Translations under genes and position numbers: made by a program
Shown here: in pieces, positions 39,285 through 53,033 of the stretch
Numbering within the stretch: position 1 is the first letter of the stretch
How the letters are laid out: the number at the start of each line of letters is the position of its first letter
Notes under the pieces: generated by a model
The model's input: only the letters and a program-made list of their open reading frames with translations
Databases searched by the model: none
Told to the model about the DNA's origin: nothing
NCBI GenBank assembly: GCA_037379345.1
Contig: CM074513.1
Span: 22,010,001 to 22,074,000, forward strand
From: Perna viridis
Taxonomy: Eukaryota
Direction: 5' to 3'
DNA: 64,000 nucleotides

Positions 39285-40039
39285 CTGAAATAAAAAAAAA
39301 TTAAGAACTTAATTTCAATTGAATCTTCACAAGTTTTAGATACGTAAATAGCAAGCTCTAAAGATTATTCACATACTCATTCACACTAAAGTGAATCAAT
39401 TCATATTTGAAATTACAGGGAGCAGCTGACAACCGACTTATAAATAACGGAAATTTACCAACCATTGCTCTTAGTAACATACAAAGTTTAAAAGCATAAT
39501 TCATTTATGTTCCCAAATACATAAAATCTACAGAAAATGTTTTGATCATTAAATCAAAATTAAAAATTGCAGGAGAGAATAGCTTTTCAAGTCCATATAA
39601 AATGATGTGAAAGAATACAATTGTCCGCTTGTTTTGTAGTATAACAGCATTGATAACAACTTGATAAATCTTAAGATTGCATAATAATGATGAATGTATT
39701 TTAATGCATCAATATTCTTATTTAGTGAATTAACATTGAACATCCTGGATACCTTGATAGGCATATCCTTTCAATACAAGTATGTAAATATATATGGCTG
39801 TTTTAATGGTAGTAGAAAATTTACATTAGTTAAAACTGTTATAGAAATAATGGCATTGACAAATGTGTGGCTAATGTTCACTGAAAATGTATTTCAATAC
39901 ACCATCTTCAAAGTTCCATTAGAAACATACCAGCTCAAGTAGCATTTAGCAATGTGGCTACCTTCTACCACTAACACAGTAAAGACATAACAGTCATACA
40001 CTGTAGATGTATGAAAAAACTGAAAACAAATCTACTTAC

Positions 40040-43000
40040 ATGGATAATGATATACAGGATAAGCTGCCTCTAATACATGGGTATGATGATGTGTATGAAC
40101 ATGCCTTTGTGTCGGTGGTGAACTTGCATCACGCCCTATAACAGTTTTATCATTTTTTGATGTGACTGGTGAAGCTGAACGAGATCCAGGTTTTCCCTTC
40201 TCCTGTAGTTCATGAATTTTATGACCAGCACTTGAATTCCCTTGAATAAATGGCTCAGATTTTTTCAAATCACCTTCATTAACCCCAGGTTTTGAACCTG
40301 AGGCAACTTTTTGTTTTTCATTCTCTGAGCCTCCTACAGGGTAGCCAAGTTGTGAAGGATGAATGTAATTTGAAGGAGAATATACATTTTGTACGATATT
40401 CCTGTAATCAAAGGGATGTCCATGAGGTGGGGACTGAACAAACTGACTATGATAGAGGTAGGGTGAGTAGTGAGCTCCAGACGATACTGGTTGTGGCACA
40501 GACGATGATGGTGTGTGAGGACTGGAAGGCTTTGAATATTGTCCTAGTTTTGATTTTGGAGTCTCCACACTTCCACTTCGACTTTTGTCCACAGGTGTGC
40601 TTGAGTTTCTAGGTCTATCAAGAGAACTGTCATAGTTTTTTAACTTATCAGTTTTATCATTAGACCTTTCTTCCATTTTCACTTTATCAATAGAGGGGGT
40701 AGTTGCCTTTTCACTATTAGCACTTTTGTTAATGTCTGGTAGAGAATCACTTCTATTTGCATCCTTAAGCTTATTGCATGGTTCCTGTTTAATATTTATA
40801 ACTGGCATACTGCCAGAATCTTTTGGTTTATCTGAAGAAAAGGGACCGCTATTGCCAGCTTTACTATTCACTAAATCTACTGGGAGTGCATGAGAATCAA
40901 AACTCCCTGTTTTCTTCATCTCCACACGTTTTTGCTGCTCCATTGATTTTTGTTCTTTGTACATTTGCATTCTCTTAGCCTGCTCTTCACTAACTTTTGC
41001 ATCTGGACGAATTTTGTCCATGGATTTCATTTCAAAGCCATCTTTAGCATTTGGTGGACGAATTTCTGTAGGCTGTTTTTCTCTCAAAGCTTTATCTTTT
41101 TGGTCTTTTTCACTTTCAAATGATCGTTTTTCACTTTCTCTGTTATGGTACATTCCTGCATAATCAATAGACAAGTTTTGAGGTTTGTTTTTATTTCCGT
41201 CACTTTGGGGTCCACTAACAACTGAAATATCTGTAGAAGAAGACCTACTCACAGAACGGGGTGATTCTAATTCTTTGGGAATTCCATCTGGATGCATCCG
41301 TTTTTGCTGATCTTCAACGATTTTCTCAAAATGCTGCCGATACATTGGATCAGATGCCATCATCTGCATATGATAATCTCTATTAAAATATGGTCCATAA
41401 GCTGCCATATAATGATACTGCTGTTGTGGGGGTAAACTTTGCAACGCAAACATTTGCTGGTTCACCCATTGTTGATGTTGTAATTGTTGAATTTCTGTCT
41501 GAGACAGTTGTTGGGGTTTATCTCCCTTTTCCCCTACATTTTTATTATTCTCGTCTTTTGATTCTTCAACTTTTGATTTACTTTCAGCTCCTGATTTTAA
41601 CTGATCTAAAAACACATTCTGGTCCTTATTTACTGGCATATTAGAACTTTGCTGCATTTTCTGAATATTTGATCCAGGGGAGCCTTGAGCGGCAGGTGAC
41701 AAGAGGTAAGGTGAAGGGTTGTAGCAATTTCCATATACCGATAACCCATACTTATTCATTTGAGGGTTTTCCAATCCCATTGCATTAGGAGGAAGAGCAC
41801 CTTGTGTATCTTTGGTTTTGACAAATTTATCATCTATTATTTGAGGACTAGCACTTTGGGCAGGTGACCCTGCATCATTTGCATCAGATATATCAGAGTA
41901 TGCAGGGCTTTGAACATCATCATTAATGTTTGACTTATTGCATTCATTAGTAACTACTTGTAAGGTAGGTGTCACCTTTAGAACACTAGCTTCACTTCGA
42001 GGTGTATGACTAAGATCAACTACTTTAGTTTGTGGCTGAACTTGTCCCGTAATAATGCCCACAGGGGGATATGAGGGTTTTTCAGAAGTAACACTAGGTT
42101 TCTCCTTATCTAGCTCTGCAGACCTATTTAAAGGTGGCACTTCTTTCTTAATTTGCTCTGGTGGTTTGGAAATCATAGGTGCAACTTTGATAACACTACT
42201 AGGCTCTGTTTTCTTCACATCAGGTTTTAGAAGTTTTGGAGCAGCAATGTTTACACTCTGAGTTGTATTACTGCCACTATTAGATTCTTTGTCTTTTGAT
42301 TTCCTCTTATGCTTCTTCTTTTCCTTGAACTCGTTAAGTAAATGTTGGTTGACGGCTGAATTTTCTCCAAGCACAGTTGGTTTTGGTTGAATTGGTTGGA
42401 ATTGTGTTGTACTTGAAACATGTGTTGTGACTGGAGCTAAGTTAGTGTGAGTTACAGTTACATTTGTATTTAAGGCAATCATATTAGACGGTGCTATTGG
42501 TCGGTTTATAACTTTAGGTTTGATTAATTTTTCAGTCTTTCCTGATGAAAGATCATTTGATTGGGAGCCAGCTGTAATTGCAGCAAATGTTATAGGCCGT
42601 GTAGACTGAAGTGGACTAGAAGAGATCGGTGGCACACTTACAATAGTTGGATTAACAGTTTGTGATTGTATTATTGTTGTAGATGGGGAAGACATAGAGC
42701 TCACTTCTGAACTTTGACCCTTTGTCCCAGCAATAACTGCATGGAAGCTATGTCCAGCCCCTATAATAGGCTTTGTAACATTGGCACTAGTGTCCTTCTT
42801 TGATGAATCCCCAGTCTCCATTTTAGATACTTCAGCTGTTGGCTTAACAGTAGGTTTCACAACATTTACAATGTCAATATTTACAGAATCCTCATTGTCC
42901 TTCTTATTTTCTGATTCTATACTGTCCATGTCTATTTTTAGATTGTTTGAGCTGTTTTCACAACTTTCCATAGTAGTGGTATCCATTTCATCAAGCATGG

Positions 43001-43461
43001 AATCATCTGCATTATCTACATCACGTGATTCCTCATCATTATCAAAGCCCTGCGAGCTGTGTGCATGTGACTGATGATAACGCAGTCCATTCATGTGCCT
43101 GTACTTTTTCTTACAGTTAGGTTCTGGACATTCAATAAAGTTTGGCACAGGACTTTCACTGCCATCACCTGCAGCTCCACGAGAACAGGAACGACTACGT
43201 TTAACTTTAGCATTGTCATTCACCACATTTTCTACTTCCACTGGTCTACCCTTTCTCTTGAGACCAACTGATGATACAGAAATGTCCGATTTAGCAGGAC
43301 TAGGAGGAGCTGTGAATGTGCTACCCTTACGCCCTTTTCTCAATGTTCTTCCTTCCAATGCTTTGTCAATGATAGGTGTACTGTTAGAGTTTCTGCCTCG
43401 CTTTGATCTCCCTTTAGGTGTTCGTGAGTCAAGATCACTGACAGGGGAATCACAGTTAAAT
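40040..43461 (-). CDS. ZNF608: ZNF608/609 homolog, large coding exon 4 (3422 nt) with a single C2H2 finger
   Basis: Acceptor tttttctttacAG at 43462, then (R)FNCDSPVSDLD; C2H2 CPEPNCKKKYRHMNGLRYHQSHAH (~43059-43130), SPAYSDISDA and SPPTQRHVHTHHHTHV motifs; donor T|GTAAGT at 40040/40039. Confidence 0.96.
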
Positions 43462-43511
43462 CTGTAAAGAAAAATCAGGAAATGCTTTGAAGTATTTATC
43501 CATATATATTC

Positions 43512-43683
43512 AAGAGTAATCAAGGGAACCAAGGTTATAGCAGTAATCAAAAGAATTTAATCCAGGGACAAAGACCAGACATGGAAAACAGACATACACA
43601 ACAAAGAACATAAAGTAACTAAAATCATACATACAAAGTAACAAAAGTAAATGAGCAACTCGGACTCCACTAAAAACTGGGAG
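43512..43683 (-). mobile_element. Solo 3'-terminal fragment (172 bp) of the same Penelope-like family
   Basis: Near-identical to 10574-10745 (aagagtaatcaagg...ctccactaaaaactgggag). Confidence 0.9.
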
Positions 43684-43779
43684 TAGACAGTACTAATGGT
43701 AAAGGTGATTCATAGTGCAGAAAAAATATTTTAAATGAGAAAACCATTCATTCATCTATCATGTAAATAGATTGATTTT

Positions 43780-43977
43780 AGAACAATAACTCTTGAAAAA
43801 AGTCAATTTCATAGAGAGTCTATATGATTTTATCTCAAAACCACAACAACCATATGACAAATTAAGACTGGTTATGTGGTTTGCAACATTTCTGAATAAG
43901 AAATAATAGCAAATGAATTGGATTTTTGAAATGCATAAATCACCTTTAGTCCAATTTTTAGAAAGATGGCTACTTAA
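43780..43977 (-). mobile_element. Dispersed ~200-bp repeat family, copy 3 (inverted)
   Basis: ataactcttg...taagactggttatgtg...tttttagaaagatggctacttaa. Confidence 0.65.
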
Positions 43978-45615
43978 ACATTTGTACCAGCTGCAAAATG
44001 TACAATACTGATTTTATCAACAACAAAAAAGAAATTTACAAAACAAGAAATTTCAACAAATATTATTTAATTGTGCTTATGTAATGTTTGATAAGTCTAA
44101 TTATATGTAATTATTCATACTATTTCTATACTTCGAATTTTATTGAATTTTTCCAATTCATTGCAAATTTATTAAAATATAATAGGTAACACAAGCTGTG
44201 GCATAAAATTGTCTCAATATAAATTAACTTTCTTTTGTTTAAATTCAACAGTTTTGTGTCATTTGACATGTGATTAAATAGGTACTCATTCTGTTTGTCA
44301 AGTACTTCCATACTACAGTTGCAGCCTTAATGAGTAATAGTCTTTGAAACTATTAGGGAAGGTTCAAAATCTGAGACATACAAGTCATGTGACTGATAGG
44401 GTATTTTCATTTTGAACACCTATAGCTCAAATAACCATTGTTTGATTTTATAACATTAAATTACTAATGTGCAAAATATTATTTTATATTTTTTTACTAG
44501 AGTTATCTGCCTTCTATTGTTTGTTTGAAGTACATTCAATTATGAACTATTTTATTAAAATTTTGAACTCAATTTATGGTACAAATTACGAAAAAAAATT
44601 AAAACACACTTTATTGGAAATTTTTCATGTAGACAGTAAAAGTGAAATAATTTCATTGTCAAACTAGTGTCTTTTTTCTGACCATGTTTCAAAAACTGCC
44701 TGATTCTAACAAAGACCTACTACAACCTTAACTTTATAATTTTTAATTCTATGAAAACCTTGATTCTTTCTAGATACAACATAACTGTACAAATTACTTC
44801 CTATCATCGTGTCATTATTTTTATCATTTTCCGGTAAGGACTATTCCAGTTTAACAAAGATCATAACCAAGGAAAACACTTGAGCAATTCAATTGTAACC
44901 ACTTAAGGATTCAAGACATCATTTATATATGTGTAAGTGGTTTTTCTTGCAGGTTAAAAATTAGAGATTTAAAATTTTGCAATCCAAGGAATATACCAAA
45001 TAAAAGCATAAGGAGGAATAACTCTAAATCTTTGAGGTTATAATTAGCATGATTTTATTTTTATGTCTACAGTAAACATAATAAAAAAATTTAAAGCAAA
45101 GACAAACTACTAATTTGGTATTCATACAGTGTTCACAAGCAACAAATTTACAGAATTTTGCATTTTTGTATGCACTCTTAGTGGTCACAACTAAAATATT
45201 TAATTCTGTTTCAAGCCAAATAAAATTTTGATTAAAACTCTTCTTTTATATCCTGGTACTATTTATCAGAAACATATTCTTTTGATGAACCGGTAAGTGA
45301 CAATTTTTCTTCTTGGTAGCTTATGAAGTTGTCATAAGCATTAATAATACTGAATAGAAAAGATATAATTAATCTAATTTCTAGTTGGTTTGGGGTTTTT
45401 TTTGACAAGTGTTTGTAATTAATAAAATAATCATTTTTTATTCAACAGTCAGAAAAGATAATAGTTCTCCACTTTTATTTCTTAGAACTGACATCCGTTC
45501 TGAGATAAGCATGGTGTCAACCAAAACGACGTTTCAACAGACATGAATTCTGTCTGAATGTAGTCAAAACTATAGCATCAGAATGGCTATGATCAAGTTT
45601 CTTCGAGTCAATTGA

Positions 45616-45820
45616 TTAAGTAGCAGTCTTTAGAAAAATCAGACAGAAGGTGATTCAATCATGTCATAACCCAAAAAAAACTCACCTTTATTTCTTGTTC
45701 AGAAAACATTTCTGATCACATAATCAGTCTAAATTTTTCATTTAAACATTGCGCTTTTGATATAAAAATTGTATATATTGTACATGAAACTGGTACTTTG
45801 CTAGAGTTATCGTTCTTGAT
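45616..45820 (+). mobile_element. Dispersed ~200-bp repeat family, copy 2
   Basis: ttaagtagcagtctttagaaaaatcagacag...agagttatcgttcttgat; begins at TTAA. Confidence 0.7.
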
Positions 45821-47089
45821 TTAGCTTAATTATATTGATTTTAGTGGGAGATGAAAAGTGCAGATACAGAAATGATTATTGTAATGTAATATATAGCATA
45901 TACATTATTTGTTCGGTGAGTTTTCTACAACATGAATCTCCTTGGAAATGTCTGAATTTTAAATGGACTGGTACTTAACAGGAGTCCATGACAGATCTAT
46001 ATCATCCTTCAACAAAATTTCAACGAAAAATGCAATTATAAAAAAAAAATCTTTGAATTGTCAAACAAATCATAAGAACAAAACTAATCATGTCAGCATT
46101 TTTGTTATATAAATCAATTTTTTGTCTCCAAATCTTTACATATCTTTTCCCAATATTAAAGAAACTCCTGCTGAATTCCAGGGTTAAAGCACGGTCATAC
46201 ATATTTATTAAGTATTGATATTGACAAACCACAGTATCTAAGGATTCAATTGTCGGTGACTCATCTCAAGTCATCAAGAAGATTAGGCTGATGACACTTG
46301 ATTAGCATTATAAGAAGGATAACTCCATAAATTCCTTGCAACCATCATGTCACTAAACTGAACTTTCATCAAATAATTCATTACCCATTTCAGTTGCAAG
46401 TTTAAAGTGGATTGAAGAAATTAATAATTTTAAATGGATTTTTCTGTGTACAGTCAAAGGGTAATGAAATACTGTTTAAACAATTATACTCCTTTAGGAT
46501 CTAATGTTACATCATTTCTTATGTCTGGTGTATTGGACAAATTAAGCTTTTATTTGTATAAATTCATTGATTTCCCAGTCAAAACAGTTGATATATTGTA
46601 TAATTGATATAACACATTTTAATACAATTGTAGCATACCTTAAACATTATAAATACCAGTATATGAAATTCAATCTACTGATAATTCATACATGACTGTC
46701 TGTGCGATTATTGCCTACTTCTTGACATTTAGTTTTTTTTAATGTAAGTGGATAAATTCCAGACTATTCAATTAATTTAAAGCTACATCAGAAGGATTAT
46801 TTAAGGAAGATATTGGGCCTTGATTCCTTCACATTTATTTAATATGGTCCATGCAGTTCGGTAAACTATGTGGCCACAGGGCCCTCAACTTATGCTTTTA
46901 AGGTATTAAAGCAAAAAAAATGATAGCTACTCTTTTTTTTTTCATTCCTGCATTAGCAACTTAAGTCAAATGTAACAGTTGACAGTTATTAAATGTAAAT
47001 CTCTTACATGTATTACTAATATACTTTCATGATACTTTAACAAATACTGTAAACATAAAATGAAAAGTTGCAAAAGCACAAATATTAAC

Positions 47090-47177
47090 CTTGGAGGTGC
47101 CCATTCATGTTTCGTAGCATCCAGCAGCGTGCCGACATAGGTCTTGTCTCTCCAAGTCACATTGACTACCAGAACAC
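47090..47177 (-). CDS. ZNF608: ZNF608/609 homolog, coding exon 3 (88 nt)
   Basis: Acceptor atttttgtAG, donor AAG|GTTAAT; reads (G)[28 protein letters not shown](R); phases 1 and 2 fit the neighbours. Confidence 0.96.
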
Positions 47178-47734
47178 CTACAAAAATCATGTCAATCACA
47201 CATAATAGGTGAAAGAAAAAAATCATAAGAAATTTATCTACATTTCTAAAGTTCTCATCACCAATGTTTTATGTTGATCTTTGAATGTACTTTAAAACTG
47301 CTAAATACATTTTGGACCTCAAACTTTTAAATACCTAAAATCTGCATTTTCAAAAATAATTTTACATGTACATAATTTACTTGACTCAGGTAAAGTATAT
47401 ACCGACACTTTTTGAACATTAAGCAAAATAATTTTACTCTTCAAATATACTTTGTACAACAATTATAACATTTATGTATCTTCATATGCTCCCTTAGTAG
47501 TAAAAGCATACATATGATGCAGCATAAATTCATTTGTAACTTAGAAGATTCATGCACTGCACAAAATGAACATTTTCCCACATCACAGAAAGATTATAAC
47601 TAACATGTATCAAATACAATAGGTAGATGTAAACTGGCCTTGGTATGACAATAAACATTTGTGACAACTACATGTATAAAGAAGTTCTTTGTGTGCAAGC
47701 TGAACTCTCTTTTTATTCAGTCCCCAACCCTTAC

Positions 47735-47876
47735 CATTTTCAGTCTCCTGCCAGACAATACCCTCCAGCAAAACATTAGTCCCAGGTTCACATGGTCCAA
47801 GACAATCTGGGTCTGTAGCCACACCTATTGTACATGTATCTGTTCCAACATGGTTTTGAAATGAGGTAGATTCATT
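47735..47876 (-). CDS. ZNF608: ZNF608/609 homolog, coding exon 2 (142 nt)
   Basis: Acceptor cttctttctttAG, donor G|GTAAGG; reads [47 protein letters not shown](G), the family signature. Confidence 0.96.
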
Positions 47877-48275
47877 CTAAAGAAAGAAGTAAAACATTGT
47901 GTAAATAGATGACACTAACACTGCTAACAATTACTAAGGCTAAAAAATAATTCTTTATTTCCTCCTAAAAATGTACAATTACATTTTATAATTTAAAAAA
48001 ATTACATCTACACATGTACATCATTGCCAATTTAAAATCTTTAATATGAGTACAAATAAACAGAAATTTACATTTGTAGCATTAAGTACCAGTCCATATA
48101 AAATTAAAATTCAGACCCTGCCAATGGTAAAGTGAATCATACCAACAAACATATGATGCTTTTCAGTCTACATATGCTGTACTTTCACATAATGATAATC
48201 ATTTCTACATTCAGATCAGCATTTTTTAGAAAATCATACATTCATATCCCACTAAAATCAACCAAATGAAAATGA

Positions 48276-48452
48276 ATCAAGAATGATAACTCTTGCAAGC
48301 ACAAATTTTGTGTACAATCTATATAATTTTTGTCTCAAAAACACAACAAAGAAAAACTAAGACTGGTTATGTGATCAGTAACTGTGAATTAGGTGGGCTT
48401 TTGACATGCATGAATTACCTCCTGTCTGATTTTTAGAAAGATTGCTATTTAA
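48276..48452 (-). mobile_element. Dispersed ~200-bp repeat family, copy 4 (inverted)
   Basis: atcaagaatgataactcttgcaa...taagactggttatgtgatcag...ctgtctgatttttagaaagattgctatttaa. Confidence 0.7.
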
Positions 48453-49466
48453 ATATTACATTTTTTAACCAATGAAGCCATAAAAACTAGGGTCATTCCG
48501 GTTACTGGAAACACAGAATTTTCATCTTTGCCACATAATAAAAAATAAATTGTCAGAACCACAGTCAGATGGGTATTTGCAATTTATATAATTTTTTAAT
48601 ACCCTATAAACTATAAAGTATCAATGTACTTTTAGAAATTGTGTAATAAATTTAGGTTTAACACTTTTCTTCAATACATTCATAAATGATTTAAAGTACA
48701 TGGAATTTAATATCACTATATAATGTATCAAAATATTATACAGTACTATATTCTTATCAAGTTTGATTAATTAAAGGGGTAGTTACTATGGGTTTATAAA
48801 TGCTATGAAATTTAAGACACTACTCCGATATCAGATGCATTTAACTTCCATAGGTAACACGCAATTATAAGCTACATGTAGCATATCTTCACATGCAAAT
48901 CTATGTTCTTTGTACAAACATTATTCACATTACAGGTTAATCATGTTTAGTGACACATGAATATGTTGAACCTGAGGCCTACAAAATACTTGACACCTAA
49001 TTTCTAACCAAAAATCTCCAACTTGGAATTTTAAATAGTTTTTTTTTTTATAAATTGAATGAATACCATTTGGTAAAATGTTTTAAAGTTAATCATGATT
49101 AAAAGTACTGAAATTTTTATTTCAAATAACTAATTGAACTCTTAAATTCTTCCTTAAAACAACTGAAAACACTTGATGGATGTAAGTTTCACTGACGTAG
49201 ATTTGATTTAGCTTTGCTTCACTTGATGAGGATAAAAAGAAAAACAACTATGAAGTAGTGACATAAGTAGTTTACAGGAAATCAAATACTTCATTGTTAA
49301 AAATGTCATATGTCAGGAAAATCCTAAGTACTTCTACATGTACACTTCATCTAATTTGTGGTTTAACTTGCAAGATACAAGTAAAATGTCGCATTCAAGT
49401 ATTAATTCTAATATCTTAAAAGTTATATATCCATCCTTGGGCAATTAAGATGCAGAAATATTTATT

Positions 49467-49681
49467 CAGGGATTGAATTTCAGAATTTTTTCCACTAGCT
49501 AAATTTAGCAAGTACTGAAAATTTACACTCGCCAAATTAAAATTTTTGGGGTTATTTCTGGACTTCATCTATGAGACATATTGAATTCCACTAGCAAATT
49601 TTACAAGTGGAAATAATTTCTACTAGCAAAACTGAATTTCAACACGCATTTAGCAAGTATGTCCTGTTAAATTTGATCATG
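49467..49681. mobile_element. hAT-like MITE with repeated cactagcaaa subterminal motifs
   Basis: cagggattgaattt start and degenerate ttaaatttgatcatg end; similar CCCTG ends near 8717, 13350 and 57002. Confidence 0.5.
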
Positions 49682-52610
49682 GTCTTTTCGTCATATTAGA
49701 ATAGAAATATTTAATGCTAAGTATAGTGTTGTACTCATTTTATATACTGAGTGGCTTAAATGTACACTTGGTATAAAATTGTAGAGTATACATTGTATTT
49801 GGCAGTTTTCACAACTAACTTTTCAGTTCACAGGCCAGAAATACATTTTTCAGAATTTTTCATATAGTAACTGTTGGCCTGTAGTAGTTAATTTTACAGG
49901 ACCATCTCAATTTTGACAAGCCATGGGCTTCGCACTACTGTTTAAAAGAGAAGACTGGTTTGTCCTAATTTTGTAAAACATTTTTCTACTAATTTTCTTC
50001 TATCCAGAATTATTCCAAATTCAAATAATACTACATGTACATTTGTACCTTGTTAATAATTAATGTATCAAGATAAACAAGACCTTAGGCATTGACTGAT
50101 GGATAACCAATTCCAAGTTTCTTTGTCATTTGAGATAGGGCAAAAATGTGTTCGACCCCTCCTTTTTAAGCTACAAATTTTGTTTTCTAGACTACTGAGG
50201 TCAGCTGTTAGATCTGCTATTGTACTACCATTATTTTCAAACATACTAATCATGAGTGTATTTTTACATGTTATTACTGCTTCTTACATGTACTCTAATG
50301 TATATGTACAAAATGTATATTAATTAGGTTAAGGGGAAAATGCACCTCCTAGGTCCACTGAGGAAGTCATTTAAATCCCATTTAGTTTTAAGTGAGACCA
50401 CAAGTTTATGGTATTTTCAATTGCAAAAAAAAGTACTACAATGTTTCTATTCTAGTACTGCTAAAAAACCACAAAAATGTATCTGCAATTTAGCATACAA
50501 AAAATTAATGTCATAATAACTGATGAACACAATAATTTCTAGATTTACATGCTTGAAGCAGGCACTAAAAGATGTATCTAATTACTTGGACTGGTATAAG
50601 CTTAATGACTTAAATTAAAGTTCATATGTCAAAAAAATTTTCTATCTTCATAACTACTGAATTTTGGAAATCTTTCAAATTGAGATCAAACTTGGATACA
50701 AATGTCTAACCAGGTTCAAGACAAATTTCAGATTGAGGGGTAAAATACATTATACATGTATTATGAACTACCAAGCGAAATAAGAAGCCAATTTTTTGGA
50801 GTAAAAAAAAGTAAATCATGACTTAATCAGAAATTTTACCTTTTCAAATTTTAGAGGGATGTAAATAGCCCCTCAGTCTCCCTCCCTCTGAATTCACCAT
50901 ATACATTTTTGTACATCACATAAGAGATTTACTAAAAATACAAATAGCACTAAGTCTATTTAGAAATAAGCATCAGTTACCTAATTTACTAAGTTATTTT
51001 TCATTTACTAAACATGAATAATATAATTTAAAATTGTTACATATGACAAGTAGTTACTTTGACATTTCCAAGGCCCCGTAGGAAATTGACGAGTAACTGA
51101 TGAACTGAATTTCCAGTAATTTATTTCATAAACTTAATTGACAGTCTACTAAAAGTTAAGTAGTGACATTCATTATCTAAATGCATCAAGAATTGTTTTG
51201 TAAGCGCAAAAGGTCTTAATAACATATCGTGTATCTTTTTTTTTAACTTACACACTATACACAGTGCATGTAAATGTTCATTTAATAACACCTAATTTAG
51301 ACCACAAAGTGCCAGTACATGCATGCTTATGCATGCTAATATGAACTACAGCCCTTTCACATGCACATCCAATTTGTTAATTCATAGATTTATTTTCTAT
51401 TTAATCTCTTGACAAAATGACTTTATCTAAAGTGAAATGTAAATAAAAATCTTATTAGACATACTGTAATAAGGCTAGCCATTTAAACAGAATTAAAAAA
51501 TGTACATGTATAAACACACTTACAGGTACTTCATATGAAGATTTATATGCATTTATTTATTATTATAGAAGTAAGGTATTAAATCTGCATTACTTAGTAC
51601 ATAGCCACCTCCTCAAGGTTCTCCTTAAATTTCTAATATCACACAGGGAATTATGAAAAATGATCTACTTTGATACATGTACAGGTATTATAATGTCCAA
51701 AGGTAAAAAAAGGCAATACTGGTAACAGTGGGGGTTCCGATCAATTAGCCTAACACTTAAATGTACTTACATGTCAGTAAGATTTGATCAATTCAAGGCA
51801 GACACGAAAAAATTGTGTCTCCCTCCCAAATTTTACAATTCATGAAACCACAGTGATTACCCTGCCATCACCAATAATCAAGTAATCATTTTGTCAAGGT
51901 GTAATAGGTGATATACAGGTAAAGGTAATCATTCAGTCATATATCATTAATAACTTAGTATGGCTAACATGACAGGAGTATAATAACCTTTGCCAAAACT
52001 ATGGCAAATATTCAAAATACTCCAATCATGGTAAACAAGTTCATCTCTATAATACTGATTTTTAACTATATACAAGCTGTCTACTGGAGAGGTAGCCATG
52101 CACACACAAGCAGCTATAAGGTTGTACTATACAGTCTACTAACTTTAATACCACTCCTCATTGGCACTTCACTTTTATTTTTTGACATATAAAATATCAG
52201 CCTGTCAAAAGGCTATTTAAAATACCATACTGAGTTTATTTTTTTTTTTCAATATCCATATTTAAATAGTAGTTGTAATTTCACCTTTGGCTTATTGCAC
52301 AAAATTTTCTTTGGCAAATAGTTTTGAATGGCATGTTAATTGTTCAAATCTTGTGGAAACCTTGCCAGTTGAAACTAAAGCATACTTTTTAAGTTACGTT
52401 TATTTTTTTTTCCAATGTAAAAAATGGATGTACTTTTTTATATGTACTAAAAAAACATAGCAATTCATAAATGTATATAGTCCTTAAAGTTTAAACATCT
52501 CCTATGAAGGATTGATACATATATCACAAATTGCGCTGCAAAATGTAGAAGTAAAGAGCCAACGAGATACTACAGGCATATAAAGCAGCAGACAGACACA
52601 CAGTACAAAC

Positions 52611-53033
52611 CTTTTCAGACTTGACTTTTTTCAGAGTGAAGCCGATGCTTTCATCATCTTTGGCTTCACAAAAATCGTAAGGATCGTCAGCTTTGCTGGA
52701 GTCAGCAGGCTTCGATTCCAGTGACACTTGAGAAAAGGCAGCATCAAGAGTGGTACTCACTGAGGACACATCAGCTGACCCCTTGCCAAGTCTCTCTTTG
52801 GACTTTTCCTTCTTGTGTGACCCTTTAACCTTGGGTGACTTTTCACCTGAAGTGCTCTGTTTTGACTTCTCTGCCTGAGTTCCATTACTACTGCTATCAT
52901 TTGATATGGACGACATTTTTTCACCAGCTTTGACAATTTCGTGTTTAGCATCACTTTTACTGTTCACATTTTTGCGTTTTATTTTCATTTTTAATCCTTT
53001 GTCAACAGTGGCATGGTGTTCGTTGCCACTCAT
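52611..53033 (-). CDS. ZNF608: ZNF608/ZNF609 (scribbler/brakeless) homolog, first coding exon (141 codons)
   Basis: ATG at 53033 with an in-frame TGA 13 codons upstream; VDKGLKMKIKRK motif of the sbb family; donor AAG|GTTTGT at 52611/52610, phase 0. Confidence 0.85.

Noticed and set aside
43462-43550. N-terminus MITAITLVPL... of the 1172-aa ORF
   Set aside because: Intronic and partly Penelope-derived; the real exon starts at 43461 after a canonical acceptor, in frame with the upstream exon.
51854-51931. Imperfect hairpin tgattacc...ggtaatca as a pre-miRNA
   Set aside because: Pairing is short and interrupted with a large loop, and I recognise no miRNA sequence.
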